Source: Pristiophorus japonicus
Lineage: Eukaryota
Direction of reading: 5' to 3'
DNA length: 64,000 nt
Assembly: GCF_044704955.1 (NCBI RefSeq)
Contig: NC_091985.1
Coordinates: 165,912,001 to 165,976,000 of the forward strand
A program made the translations under genes and the position numbers. Positions 12,417 to 24,635 of the stretch are shown here, in pieces (within the stretch, counting starts at the first letter, position 1; each line of letters starts with the position of its first letter). Below the pieces are notes generated by a model, which was given only the letters and a program-made list of their open reading frames with translations, had not been told where the DNA came from and made no database searches.

Positions 12417-15400
12417 ATAGAAACATAGAAACATAGAAAATAGGTGCAGGAGTAGGCCATTCGGCCCTTCTAGCCTGCACCGCCATTCAATGAGTTCATG
12501 GCTGAACATTCAACTTCAGTACCCCATTCCTGCTTTCTCGCCATACCCCTTGATCCCCCTAGCAGTAAGGACCTCATCTAACTCCTTTTTGAATATATTT
12601 AGTGAATTGGCCTCAACAACTTTCTGTGGTAGAGAATTCCACAGGTTCACCACTCTCTGGGTGAAGAAGTTCCTCCGCATCTCGGTCCTAAATGGCTTAC
12701 CCCTTATCCTTAGACTGTGACCCCTGGTTCTGGACTTCCCCAACATTGGGAACATTCTTCCTGCATCTAACCTGTCTAACCCCGTCAGAATTTTATATGT
12801 TTCTATGAGGTCCCCTCTCATTCTTCTGAACTCCAGTGAATACAAGCCCAGTTGATCCAGTCTTTCTTGATAGGTCAGTCCCGCCATCCCGGGAATCAGT
12901 CTGGTGAACCTTCGCTGCACTCCCTCAATAGCAAGAATGTCCTTCCTCAGGTTAGGAGACCAAAACTGTACACAATACTCCAGGTGTGGCCTCACCAATG
13001 CCCTGTACAACTGTAGCAACACCTCCCTGCCCCTGTACTCAAATCCCCTTGCTATGAAGGCCAACATGCCATTTGCTTTCTTAACCGCCTGCTGCACCTG
13101 CATGCCAACCTTCAATGACTGATGTACCATGACACCCAGGTCTCTTTGCACCTCCCCTTTTCCTAATCTGTCACCATTCAGATAATAGTCTGTCTCTCTG
13201 TTTTTACCACCAAAGTGGATAACCTCACATTTATCCACATTATACTTCATCTGCCATGCATTTGCCCACTCACCTAACCTATCCAAGTCGCTCTGCAGCC
13301 TCACAGCATCCTCCTCGCAGCTCACACTGCCACCCAACTTAGTGTCATCCGCAAATTTGGAGATACTACATTTAATCCCCTCATCTAAATCATTAATGTA
13401 CAGTGTAAACAGCTGGGGCCCCAGCACAGAACCTTGCGGTACTCCACTAGTCACTGCCTGCCATTCTGAAAAGTACCCATTTACTCCTACTCTTTGCTTC
13501 CTGTCTGACAACCAGTTCTCAATCCATGTCAGTACACTACCCCCAATCCCATGTGCTCTAACTTTGCACATCAATCTCTTGTGTGGGACCTTGTCGAACG
13601 CCTTCTGAAAGTCCAAATATACCACATCAACTGGTTCTCCCTTATCCACTCTACTGGAAACATCCTCAAAAAATTCCAGAAGATTTGTCAAGCATGATTT
13701 CCCTTTCACAAATCCATGCTGACTTGGACCTATCATGTCACCTCTTTCCAAATGCACTGCTATGACATCCTTAATAATTGATTCCATCATTTTACCCACT
13801 ACCGATGTCAGGCTGACCGGTCTATAATTCCCTGTTTTCTCTCTCCCTCCTTTTTTAAAAAGTGGGGTTACATTGGCTACCCTCCACTCCATAGGAACTG
13901 ATCCAGAGTCAATGGAATGTTGGAAAATGACTGTCAACGCATCCACTATTTCCAAGGCCACCTCCTTAAGTACTCTGGGATGCAGTCCATCAGGCCCTGG
14001 GGATTTATCGGCCTTCAATCCCATCAATTTCCCCAACACAATTTCCCGGCTAATAAGGATTTCCCTCAGTTCCTCCTCCTTACTAGACCCCCCGACCCCT
14101 TTTATAACCGGAAGGTTGTTCGTGTCCTCCTTCGTGAATACCGAACCAAAGTACTTGTTCAATTGGTCCGCCATTTCTTTGTTCCCCGTTATGACATCCC
14201 CTGATTCTGACTGCAGGGGACCTACGTTTGTCTTTACTAACCTTTTTCTCTTTACATATCTATAGAAACTTTTGCAATCCGTCTTAATGTTCCCTGCAAG
14301 CTTCTTCTCATACTCCATTTTCCCTGCCCTAATCAAACCCTTTGTCCTCCTCTGCTGAGTTCTAAATTTCTCCCAGTCCCCAGGTTCGCTGCTATTTCTG
14401 GCCAATTTGTATGCCACTTCCTTGGCTTTAATACTATCCCTGATTTCCCTTGATAGCCACGGTTGAGCCACCTTCCCTTTTTTATTTCTATGCCAGACAG
14501 GAATGTACAATTGTTGTAGTTCATCCATGCGGTCTCTAAATGTCTGCCATTGCCCATCCACAGTCAACCCCTTAAGTATCATTCGCCAATCCATCTCAGC
14601 CAATTCACGCCTCATACCTTCAAAGTTAGCCTTCTTTAAGTTCTGGACCATGGTCTCTGAATTAACTGTTTCATTCTCCATCCTAATGCAGAATTCCACC
14701 ATATTATGGTCACTCTTCCCCAAGGGGCCTCGCACAACGAGATTGCTAATTAATCCTTTCTCATTACATAACACCCAGTCTAAGATGGCCTCCCCCCTAG
14801 TTGGTTCCTCGACATATTGGTCTAAAAAACCATCCCTTATGCACTCCAGAAAATCCTCCTCCACCGTATTGCTTCCAGTTTGGTTAGCCCAATCTATGTG
14901 CATATTAAAGTCACCCATTATAACTGCTGCACCTTTATTGCACGCACCCCTAATTTCCTGTTTGATGCCCTCCCCAACATCACTACTACTGTTTGGAGGT
15001 CTGTACACAACTCCCACTAACGTTTTTTGCCCTTTGGTGTTCTGCAGCTCTACCCATATAGATTCCACATCATCCAAGCTAATGTCCTTCCTAACTATTG
15101 CCTTAATCTCCTCCTTAACCAGCAATGCTACCCCACCTCCTTTTCCTTTTATTCTATCCTTCCTGAATGTTGAATACCCCTGGATGTTGAGTTCCCAGCC
15201 CTGCTCATCCTGGAGCCACGTCTCCGTAATCCCAATCACATCATATTTGTTAACATCTATTTGCACAGTTAATTCATCCACCTTATTGCGGATACTCCTT
15301 GCATTAAGACACAAAGCCTTTAGGCTTGTTTTTTTAACACCCTCTGTCCTTTTAGAATTTTGCTGTACAATGGCCCTTTTTGTTCTTTGCCTTGGGTTTC

Positions 15401-15713
15401 TCTGCTCTCCACTTTTCCTCATCTCCTTTCTGTCTTTTGTTTTTGCCTCCTTTTTGTTTCCCTCTATCTCCCTGCATTGGTTCCCATCCCCCTGCCATAT
15501 TAGTTTAACTCCTCCCCAACAGCACTAGCAAACACTCCCCCGAGGACATTGGTTCCGATTCTGCCCAGGTGCAGACCGTCCGGATTGTACTGGTCCCACC
15601 TCCCCCAGAACCGGTTCCAATGCCCCAGGAATTTGAATCCCTCCCTGCTGCACCATTGCTCAAGCCACGTATTCATCTGAGCTATCCTGCGATTCCTACT
15701 CTGACTAGCACGT
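12417..15713 (-). mobile_element. Young CR1 LINE with intact ORF2, 5'-truncated within ORF1
   Basis: (ATAGAAAC)n tail at 12417; TSD GGTAC 12412-12416 / 15714-15718. Confidence 0.95.
12516..15422 (-). CDS. CR1 ORF2: APE endonuclease + reverse transcriptase, 968 aa, uninterrupted
   Basis: CLNARS, ITETWL, GDFN, SDH (APE); [30 protein letters not shown] (RT). Confidence 0.95.
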   Translation of the reverse strand: MRKSGEQRNPRQRTKRAIVQQNSKRTEGVKKTSLKALCLNARSIRNKVDELTVQIDVNKYDVIGITETWLQDEQGWELNIQGYSTFRKDRIKGKGGGVALLVKEEIKAIVRKDISLDDVESIWVELQNTKGQKTLVGVVYRPPNSSSDVGEGIKQEIRGACNKGAAVIMGDFNMHIDWANQTGSNTVEEDFLECIRDGFLDQYVEEPTRGEAILDWVLCNEKGLISNLVVRGPLGKSDHNMVEFCIRMENETVNSETMVQNLKKANFEGMRRELAEMDWRMILKGLTVDGQWQTFRDRMDELQQLYIPVWHRNKKGKVAQPWLSREIRDSIKAKEVAYKLARNSSEPGDWEKFRTQQRRTKGLIRAGKMEYEKKLAGNIKTDCKSFYRYVKRKRLVKTNVGPLQSESGDVITGNKEMADQLNKYFGSVFTKEDTNNLPVIKGVGGSSKEEELREILISREIVLGKLMGLKADKSPGPDGLHPRVLKEVALEIVDALTVIFQHSIDSGSVPMEWRVANVTPLFKKGGREKTGNYRPVSLTSVVGKMMESIIKDVIAVHLERGDMIGPSQHGFVKGKSCLTNLLEFFEDVSSRVDKGEPVDVVYLDFQKAFDKVPHKRLMCKVRAHGIGGSVLTWIENWLSDRKQRVGVNGYFSEWQAVTSGVPQGSVLGPQLFTLYINDLDEGIKCSISKFADDTKLGGSVSCEEDAVRLQSDLDRLGEWANAWQMKYNVDKCEVIHFGGKNRETDYYLNGDRLGKGEVQRDLGVMVHQSLKVGMQVQQAVKKANGMLAFIARGFEYRGREVLLQLYRALVRPHLEYCVQFWSPNLRKDILAIEGVQRRFTRLIPGMAGLTYQERLDQLGLYSLEFRRMRGDLIETYKILTGLDRLDAGRMFPMLGKSRTRGHSLRIRGKPFRTEMRRNFFTQRVVNLWNSLPQKVVEANSLNIFKKELDEVLTARGIKGYGEKAGMGY

Positions 15714-15724
15714 GGTACCCTAGG

Positions 15725-16296
15725 ACAAAAGCAAAATACTGCGGATGTTGGAATCTGAAATAAAAACAGAGAATGCTGGAAATCTCAGCGGGTCAGGCAG
15801 TATCTGTGGAGAGAAAAACAAAATTAACATTTTGGGTCAACGAACCTTCATCAGAACTGCCGAATGTTCGAAAAAAGCACACTCTTAAGAAGCATTGAAA
15901 GGGGAGGGGAAGAACAAAAGGGAAGGTCTGTGTTAGGGTTGAAGACAGGAGAGATTAGAGAGACAAAAGAGATGATGGGCTGAATTGAAATGGTAATGAC
16001 AGAAGTTAGAAAAAAGTTAATCTAGATAGGGTGTGAATGGCAGAGTAATGACCAGCTGGCATTAGAGACAAAGAGGGAAAAAAATAAAAAAAAACATAAG
16101 ATGCAAGCGGGGGGGAGGAAAGGGAGCCAAAGATGGTCAGAGGTTATGCTCTGAAATTGTTGAATTCAATGTTGAGTCCAGAAGGCTGTAAAGTGCCTAA
16201 ACGAAAGATGAGGTGCTGTTCCTCGAGCTTGTCCTCAACTTCATTGGAACAGTGCAGGAGTCCGAGGACGGAGATATCAGAGTGGGAGTGGAGTGG
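15725..16296 (-). mobile_element. Penelope-like element 3' fragment
   Basis: Minus strand encodes ...LEEQHLIFRLGTLQPSGLNIEFNNFRA* (GIY-YIG C-terminus) followed by the terminal repeat; TSD GGTAC(C/T)CTAGG 15714-15724 / 16297-16307. Confidence 0.8.
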
Positions 16297-18852
16297 GGTA
16301 CTCTAGGTGTGGTCTAACCAGGGTCTTGTATAACTACAGCATAAATTCTGCCCCTTTGTACTCTAGTCCTCTGGATATAAAGGCCAGCATTCCATTAGCC
16401 TTTTTGATTATTTTCTTGACTTGTTCATAACATTTTAATGATCTATGTACCTGGACCCCCAAGTTTCTTTGGACCTCCACTGTTTTTAGCCTTTCACCAT
16501 TTACAAAGTACCCTGTTCTATCCTTTTTAGGTCCAAAGTGGATGACCTCACATTTACCTTCACTGAAATCCATTTGCCAGTTTTGCCTACTCACTTAATC
16601 TGTCGCTATCCCTTTGTAATTTTATGCTTCCATCTACACTGCCTAAAAAACCACCTATCTTTGTGTCATCGGCAAATTTGGATTATATGACTTTTTATGC
16701 CATCATCTAAGTTGTTAATAAATCTTGTGAATAGTTGAGGTCCCAACACAGATCCCTGTAAAACACCACTAGTCCAATCCTGCCAGATGAGTACCTGCCC
16801 GTTATCCCTACTCTCTGACTCTTGCTGCTCAGCCAATTTTCTAACCAGGTCAATAATTTGCCCTCAATTCCGTGGGCTTCTACCTTAGTTAACAGTCCTT
16901 TATGTGGGACTTTATCAAATGCCTTCTGTAAGTCCATTTAAATAACATCCATGGTCATTCATCTGCCCACTACCTTAGTCACCTCCTCAAAATTCAATCA
17001 GGTTTGTCAGGCATGACCTACCTTTCACAAATCCATGCTGGCTCTCTCTGATCAACCGAAAATGTTCAGTCACCCCACCCTTATTTATAGATTTTGTCGA
17101 TTTCCCAACAACTGATGTTAGGCTCTGGACTATAATTCCCTGGTTTCCCTCTCTCACCATTTTTAAACATCAGAGTGACATGCACAATTTTCTAATCTAA
17201 AGGAACGGTTCCTGAACCGAGAGAACTTCGGAAGATTATAGTTAGGGCATCTGCAATGTGCTCACCGACTTTCTTTAAAACCCAGGGATAGAAACCATCT
17301 GGCCCTGGGGATTTGTCGCTCTTTGGTGCCATTATTTTCTTCATTCCTGTTATTTTATTTATATTAATCTTATTGCGCCCCCATCCCTGATTCATGGCAT
17401 GCTATCCTCTTCCTCTACTGTAAATACTGACACAAAGTCATTCTTCAACATGTCCGCCATTTCCTTATCATTATTGACACTATCACCGTTATCAGTTTTC
17501 AAGGGCCCACAGTGCTCCTGACTAACCTCTTTTTCTAATATAATTGTAACAACGTTTTGTGTTGATTTTGATATCCCTTACACGTTTCTTTTCATACTCA
17601 CTTTTTGTAGCTCCTATTATCTGTTTTGTGACCCTTTGCTGATTGTATCTTTCCTATTCGCCAGGATCTATGCTATTTTTTGCATTTTTGTATAAGTTAA
17701 AAAACATTTTTATGCTGTCCCTTACCTCTTTAGTTGTCGATGGCTCTTTTTTTTGGCAAGTAGCGCTCTTGCCCCTCAGGGGTATAAACTGGTTCTGTAT
17801 CACTTTAAATTCTTTTTTAAACATCTCCCTCTGATCTTCTGTCATTTTACCCAGTAACAGATTTGTCCAGTTAACTGTGGACAATCTCTGTCTCATCCCT
17901 TTGAAGTCAGCCTTACCCAAATCTAGAATCTTTGTAGCTGTTTTGTGTTTCTCCCTTTCAAACATTACATTGAACTTGATCATGTTATGATCGCTATTCG
18001 ATAAATGGTCACACACAGTAAGGCTGTTAACTAAATCTGGCACATTGCTCACTACTAAATCTAATATGTATGCCCCCTTATTCCCTTCGGACATATTATT
18101 GTAGAAAACTATCGCGGACACACTCAAGAAATTCACCAGCTTTCTGACAGGTGCTACTCTGCTTATCCCAAGCTATGTGAAAGTTAAAATCCCCCATTAA
18201 AACCATTCTGCCTTTGCTACACGCTTGTTTATTCTCTATATTTATACAATCTAGCACTTCACAGCTGCTACCAGATAACCTATACACAACTCCCTCTACA
18301 GTTTTAAATCCTTCCTTAATCCTTAATTCTACCCATGAAGTCTCCACTGCCTGCTTACCTCTCGTTATAACCTTTATCATTGAAGTGATTTCATCCTTAA
18401 TCACTAAGGCTACACATCCCCCTCTGCCATTTTCCCTATCGTTCCTGTAGACCTTATAACCGGGTGTATTTAGTTCCTAGTCCTGACCATCTTGCAGCCA
18501 TGTCTCAGTAATGGCTGCCATGTTATACCCTCCAATTTGAATTTGCATCTGCAGTTTATTCAATTTATTCCTTATACTCCGTGTGTTTGTATAAAGAATG
18601 CTTATTTGTGCCACACACCCTATCATGTCCTTCAACACTAATGTTTTACTCACTAGTTTCTTATTTCTCACTCTTGGTTTAATCACTTTACATCTTTTAA
18701 TTTTCCCTCTACATGTAGTGCCTAAAGCACAATTTCCGTCTGTTACTCTACTCTCCCCCCCTTTTGTTTGTTTTTGAACTACTATTTTTACTACAATTTC
18801 CACCTGAGCTCCCTCCTCCCCCCCACCACCAATGTCCCCATTTACTAGTTTC

Positions 18853-19413
18853 ATCATTATCATCATAGGCTGTCCCTCAGAATCGAGGAAGACTTGCTTC
18901 CACCCTAAAAATTAGTCCTTAGGTGGCTGAACAGTCCAGTGTGAGAACCACAGTCCCTGTCACAGGTGGGACAGACAGTCGTTGAAGGAAGGGGCTGGTT
19001 TGCCGCACACTCTTTCCACTGCCTGCGTTTGATTTTTGCATGCTCTCAGCGATGAGACTCGAGGTGCTCCCGAATGTACTTCCTCCACTTAGGGCAGTCT
19101 TTGGCCAGGGACTCCCAGGTGTCAGTGGGGATGTTGCACTTTATCATGGAGGTTTTGAGGGAGTCCTTGTAACGTTTCCTCTGCCCACCCGGGGCTCGCT
19201 TGCCGTGAAGGAGTTCCGAATAGAGCGCTTGCTTTGGGAGTCTCGTGACAGGCATGCGGACAATGTGGCCTGCCCAGCGGAGCTGATCAAGTGTGGTCAG
19301 TGCTTCAATGCTAGGGATGTTGGTCTGGTCGAGGACGCTAATGTTGGTGCGTCTGTCCTCCCAGGGGATTTGTAGGATCCTGCTGAGACATTTTTGGTGG
19401 TATTTCTCCAGCA
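18853..19413 (-). mobile_element. RTE (BovB-like) LINE 3' fragment
   Basis: LRWAGHIVRMP..RLPKQALYSEL..GKRAPGGQRKRYKD; (CAT)n tail. Confidence 0.9.
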
Positions 19414-21681
19414 ACTTTAAAGTCCTTGTGACATCCCTATTTATTCTTTCCACTGGGGCCCTGGTCCCAGATCGGTTCAGGTGTCCCAAACATACAGCTC
19501 CTTCCTGTCCCAATGCTGGTGCCAGTGCCCCATAAAATGGAATGCCTCTTTCACACAGCACTTCATTAGCCACGTGTTCACTTCCCTAATCAGTTTATCC
19601 CTACGCCAATTTGCACATGGCTCAGGTAATAATCCAGAGATTATAAACCCTTGAGGTCCTGTTCTTTAACTTAGCTCCTAGTTCTTGGTACTCCCCAAAC
19701 AGGGCCTACTCTTCCCTACGTTGTTGGTCCCAACTTGGACCCCAATGACTGGATCCTTTCGCTTCGCTCCAGTATCCTTTCAAGCCAGATCGAGATGTCC
19801 CTCACCCTGGCACCAGGTTGGTAACATATCATGTGGGACTCTCGATCCTGCTTACAAAGGAAGCTATCTGTCCCCTAATTATAGAATCCCCTACAACATC
19901 CACATTACGCTTTCTCTCATCCTCCTCTTCCTCATTTAGGACAGCCTCCTGCTCCAAAGTGCCATGGTCCACATTCTGGCTGTCCTTCCGACAGTCTTTA
20001 TCCTTATCTTCACAGGTAGAAAGTGCAGTGTATCTGTTGGACAGGATCAGTTTCTGTGGATCCTCATTCCCTTTCTTACCTTGGTTCCCTTTACTCTGTA
20101 CACTGTCAGTCACACCAACCCCGTTCTGAACGTGCACCTCCCTACGAGGTGTGACTGAAGTCTGGAGCAAACTGTCCCCTCCGTTATGTGTCAGAGTGTT
20201 TCTAACTCGCACTCCAGCTCAATGACTCTGAGCCGGAGAGATTCAAAATGGAGACATCTCCTGCAGACGTGTTCGCTCGGGACAGTCTCGCTGTCCACAA
20301 GCTCCCACACAACCTGCTCTGCTGTGACTTAGACTAACCTTGTTTTATTTATTTAATTAGTTAAAATCTTTATTCAATGATTATTTATAGTTATATTAAT
20401 TAGTTTATTTAGTTACGCTTTTAATGTATGTTTTAGTTTCCCGCTCTTCGATTAAACCACTGTCCCAGCTTAGAGAAAAAATTTTAATACAACAATAACT
20501 TGTATTTATATAGCGCCTTTAACATAGTGAAACGTCCCAAGATGCTTCACAGGAGTATTATGCGCTAAAAATTTGACACCGAGCCGCATAAGTAGAAATT
20601 AGCGCAGGTGACCAAAAGCTTGGTCAAAGAGGTATGTTTTAAGGAGCATCTTGTAGGAGGAAAGAGAAGTAGGAGAGGCGGAGAGGTTTAGGCAGGGAGT
20701 TCCAGAACAACAGAAGGCACGGCCACCAATGGTTGAGCGAGTAAACTCAAGGATGCTCAGGAGGGCAGAATTAGAGGAGCGCAGGCATCTCAAGAGGATT
20801 GTGGGGCTGGAGAAAATTAGAGAGCTAGGGAGGGGAAAGGCCATGGAGGGATTTGAAAATAAGGACGAGAATTTTGAAATCGAGACATTGCTTAGCCAGA
20901 AGCCAATGTAAGTCAGCGAGCAGAGGGCTAATGGGTGACCGGGACTTGGTGTGAGTTAGGACATGGGAAGCCGAGTTTTGGATCACCTCTTGTTTACATC
21001 GGATAGAATGTGGGAGGCCAGCCAGGTGTGTGTTGGAATAGTCAAGTCTAGAGGTAACAAAGGCATGGATGAGAGCTTGAGCAGCAGATGAGCTGAGGTA
21101 AGGGCGGAGACGGGCGATGTTATGGAGGTGAAAATAGGCGGCCTTAATTATGCTGCAGATATGTGGTCAAAAGCCCATTTCAGGGTCAAATATGACACCA
21201 AGGTTGCGAACAGCCTGGTTCAGCCTCAGACAGAAGTTACGGAGAGGAATGGAGTCAATGGCTAGGGAATGGAGTTTGTGACGGAGATCAAAAACAATGG
21301 CTTCGGTCTTCCCAATATTCAATTGGAGAAAATTTCTGCTCATCCAGAACTGGATGTCGGACAAGCAGTCTGACAATTTAGAGTCCATGGAGGGGTCAAG
21401 AGAAATGGTAGTGAGGTAGAGCTGGGAGTCATCAGTGTACATGTGGAAACTGACGCCGTGTTTCCGGATGATGTCGCCAAGGGGCAGCATGTAGATGAGA
21501 AATAGGAGGGAGCCAAGGATAGATTCTTGAAGGACACCAGAGGTAACGATGAGAAGCTGTTGCAGATGATTCTCTGGCTATGATTAGATAGATAAGAATG
21601 GAACCAGGTGAGTGCAGTCCCACACAGCTGGACGGCAGTGGAGAAGGATAGAGTGGTCAACCATGTCAAAGGTTGCAAACA

Positions 21682-24285
21682 TAGAAAAAATAGAAACATC
21701 GAAAATAGGTGCAGGAGCAGGCTATTCAGCCCTTCTAGCCTGCACCGCCATTCAACGAGTTCATGGCTGAACATGAAACTTCAGTACCCACTTCCTGCTT
21801 TCACGCCATACCCCTTGATCCCCCGAGTAGTAAGGACTTCATCTAACTCCCTTTTGAATATATTTAGTGAATTGGCCTCAACTACTTCCTGTGGTAGAGA
21901 ATTCCACAGGTTCACCACTCTCTGGGTGAAGAAGTTTCTCCTTATCTCGGTCCTAAATAGCTTACCCCTTATCCTTAGACTGTGACCCCTGGTTCTGGAC
22001 TTCCCCAACATTGGGAACATTCTTCCTGCATCCAACCTGTCCAAACCCGTCAGAATTTTAAACGTTTCTATGAGGTCCCCTCTCACTCTTCTGAACTCCA
22101 GTGAATACAAGCCCAGTTGATCCAGTCTTTCTTGATAGGTCAATCCCACCATCCCGGGAATCAGTCTGGTGAATCTTCGCTGCACTCCCTCAACAGCAAG
22201 TATGTCCTTCCTCAAGTTAGGAGACCAAAACTGTACACAATACTCCAGGTGTGGCCTCACCAAGGCCCTGTACAACTGTAGCAACACCTCCCTGCCCCTG
22301 TACTCAAATCCCCTCGCTATGAAGGCCAACATGCCATTTGCTTTCTTAACCGCCTGCTGTACCTGCATGCCAACCTTCAATGACTGATGTACCATGACAC
22401 CCAGGTCTCGTTGCACCTTCCCTTTTCCTAATCTGTCACCATTCAGATAATAGTCTGTCTCTCTGTTTTTACCACCAAAGTGGATAACCTCACATTTATC
22501 CACATTATACTTCATCTGCCACGCATTTGCCCACTCACCTAACCTATCCAAGTCACTCTGTAGCCTCATAGCATCCTCCTCGCAGCTCACACTGCCACCC
22601 AACTTAGTGTCATACGCAAATTTGGAGATACTACATTTAATCCCTTCGTCTAAATCATTAATGTATAATGTAAACAGCTGGGGCCCCAGCACAGAACCCT
22701 GCGGTACCCCACTAGTCACTGCCTGCCATTCCGAAAAGTACCCATTTACTCCTACTCTTTGCTTCCTGCCTGACAACCAGTTCTCAATCCACATCAGCAC
22801 ACTACCCCCAATCCCATGTGCTTTAACTTTGCACATTAATCTCCTGTGTGGGACCTTGTCGAAAGCCTTCTGAAAGTCCAAATATACCACATCAACTGGT
22901 ACTCCTTTGTCCACTTTATTGGAAACATCCTCAAAAAATTCCAGAAGATTTGTCAAGCATGATCTCCCTTTTACAAATCCATGCTGACTTGGACCTATCA
23001 TGTCACCATTTTCCAAATGCGCTGCTATGACATCCTTAATAATTGATTCCATCATTTTACCCACTACTGAGGTCAGGCTGACCGGTCTATAATTCCCTGC
23101 TTTCTCTCTCCCTCCTTTTTTAAAAAGTGGGGTTACATTGGCTACCCTCCACTCGATAGGAACTGATCCAGAGTCAATGGAATGTTGGAAAATGACTGTC
23201 AATGCATCCGCTATTTCCAAGGCCACCTCCTTAAGTACTCTGGGATGCAGTCCATCAGGCCCTGGGGATTTATCGGCCTTCAATCCCATCAATTTCCCCA
23301 ACACAATTTCCCGACGAATAAAGATTTCCCTCAGTTCCTCCTCCTTAATAGACCCTCTGACCACTTTTATATCCGGAAGGTTGTTTGTGTCCTCCTTAGT
23401 GAATATTGAACCAAAGTACTTGTTCAATTGGTCTGCCATTTCTTTGTTCCCCGTTATGACTTCCCCTGATTCTGACTGCAGGGGACCTACGTTTGTCTTT
23501 ACTAACCTCTTTCTCTTTACATACCTATAGAAACTTTTGCAATCCGCCTTAATGTTCCCTGCAAGCTTCTTCTCGTACTCCATTTTCCCTACCCTAATCA
23601 AACCCTTTGTCCTCCTCTGCTGAGTTCTAAATTTCTCCCAGTCCCCAGGTTCGCTGCTATTTCTGGCCAATTTGTATGCCACTTCCTTGGCTTTAATACT
23701 ATCCCTGATTTCCCTAGATAGCCACGGTTGAGCCACCTTCCCTTTTTTATTTTTACGCCAGACAGGAATGTACAATTGTTGTAATTCATCCATGCGTTCT
23801 CTAAATGTCTGCCATTGCCCATCCACAGTCAACCCCTTAAGTATCATTAGCCAATCTATCTTAGCCAATTCATGCCTCATACCTTCAAAGTTACCCTTCT
23901 TTAAGTTCTGGACCATGGTCTCTGAATTAACTGTTTCATTCTCCATCCTAATGCAGAATTCCACCATATTATGGTCACTCTTCCCCAAGGGGCCTCGCAC
24001 AATGAGATTGCTAATTAATCCTCTCTCATTACACAACACCCAGTCTAAGATGGCCTCCCCCCTAGTTGGTTCCTCGACATATTGGTCTAGAAAACCATCC
24101 CTTATGCATTCCAGGAAATCCTCCTCCACCGTATTGCTTCCAGTTTGGCTAGCCCAATCTATGTGCATATTAAAGTCACCCATTATAACTGCTGCACCTT
24201 TATTGCATGCACTCCTAATTTCCTGTTTGATGCCCTCCCCAACATCACTACTACTGTTTGGAGGTCTGTACACAACTCCCACTAA
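21682..24285 (-). mobile_element. Young CR1, 5'-truncated, RT catalytic motif mutated (FAYD)
   Basis: ORF 21781..24336 near-identical to 12516..15422; TSD CAAACA 21676-21681 / 24286-24291. Confidence 0.95.
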
Positions 24286-24391
24286 CAAACAAGTCAAGAA
24301 GGACAAGGAGGGATAGTTTACCTTTGTCACAGTCACTAAAGATGTAATTTCTGACTTTGATGAGAGCCGTTTCGGTACTGTGGCAGGCGTG

Positions 24392-24635
24392 TGTCATGTA
24401 TGTAACCTTTATGTAACAACACTGCAATATTGTATATACGTAAGAAATGCACACCTTGACCACAGGGGGTGAACTTGTGGGAGACACTCCTGACCTGGTC
24501 ATCCAGGTATATAAAGGGAGGTCCCACGCAGGCTCATCACTTCTTGGTCCTGTGAATAAAGGTTCAGGTCATGGAGTGACCTTGTGCAAAGAATGTGCCT
24601 CGTGTGGGTTTGTGGTATTGTGTAATGGCTTTACA
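24392..24635 (+). mobile_element. Solo LTR
   Basis: TG...CA ends, TATATAAA and AATAAA inside, perfect 5-bp TSD GCGTG (24387-24391 / 24636-24640). Confidence 0.9.

Larger units (their letters stand above)
12050..20450 (-). mobile_element. Old, near full-length degraded CR1 (host of young CR1, Penelope and RTE insertions)
   Basis: Collinear RT/APE fragments (ORFs 12080, 16334, 16707, 17192, 17654, 18096, 18477); ORF1 SGNH-esterase block VVGDSIIRG (19829..20212) and a CxxC/leucine-zipper-like segment near 20230-20310. Confidence 0.85.

Noticed and set aside
14503-15528. 341-aa and other plus-strand ORFs antisense to CR1 ORF2, repeated in several copies
   Set aside because: Antisense shadows of the LINE ORF; they recur because the copies are near-identical.
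21781-24336. 851-aa ORF as an active retrotransposase
   Set aside because: The N-terminus comes from flanking L2, the APE is truncated, and the RT FADD motif is mutated to FAYD.
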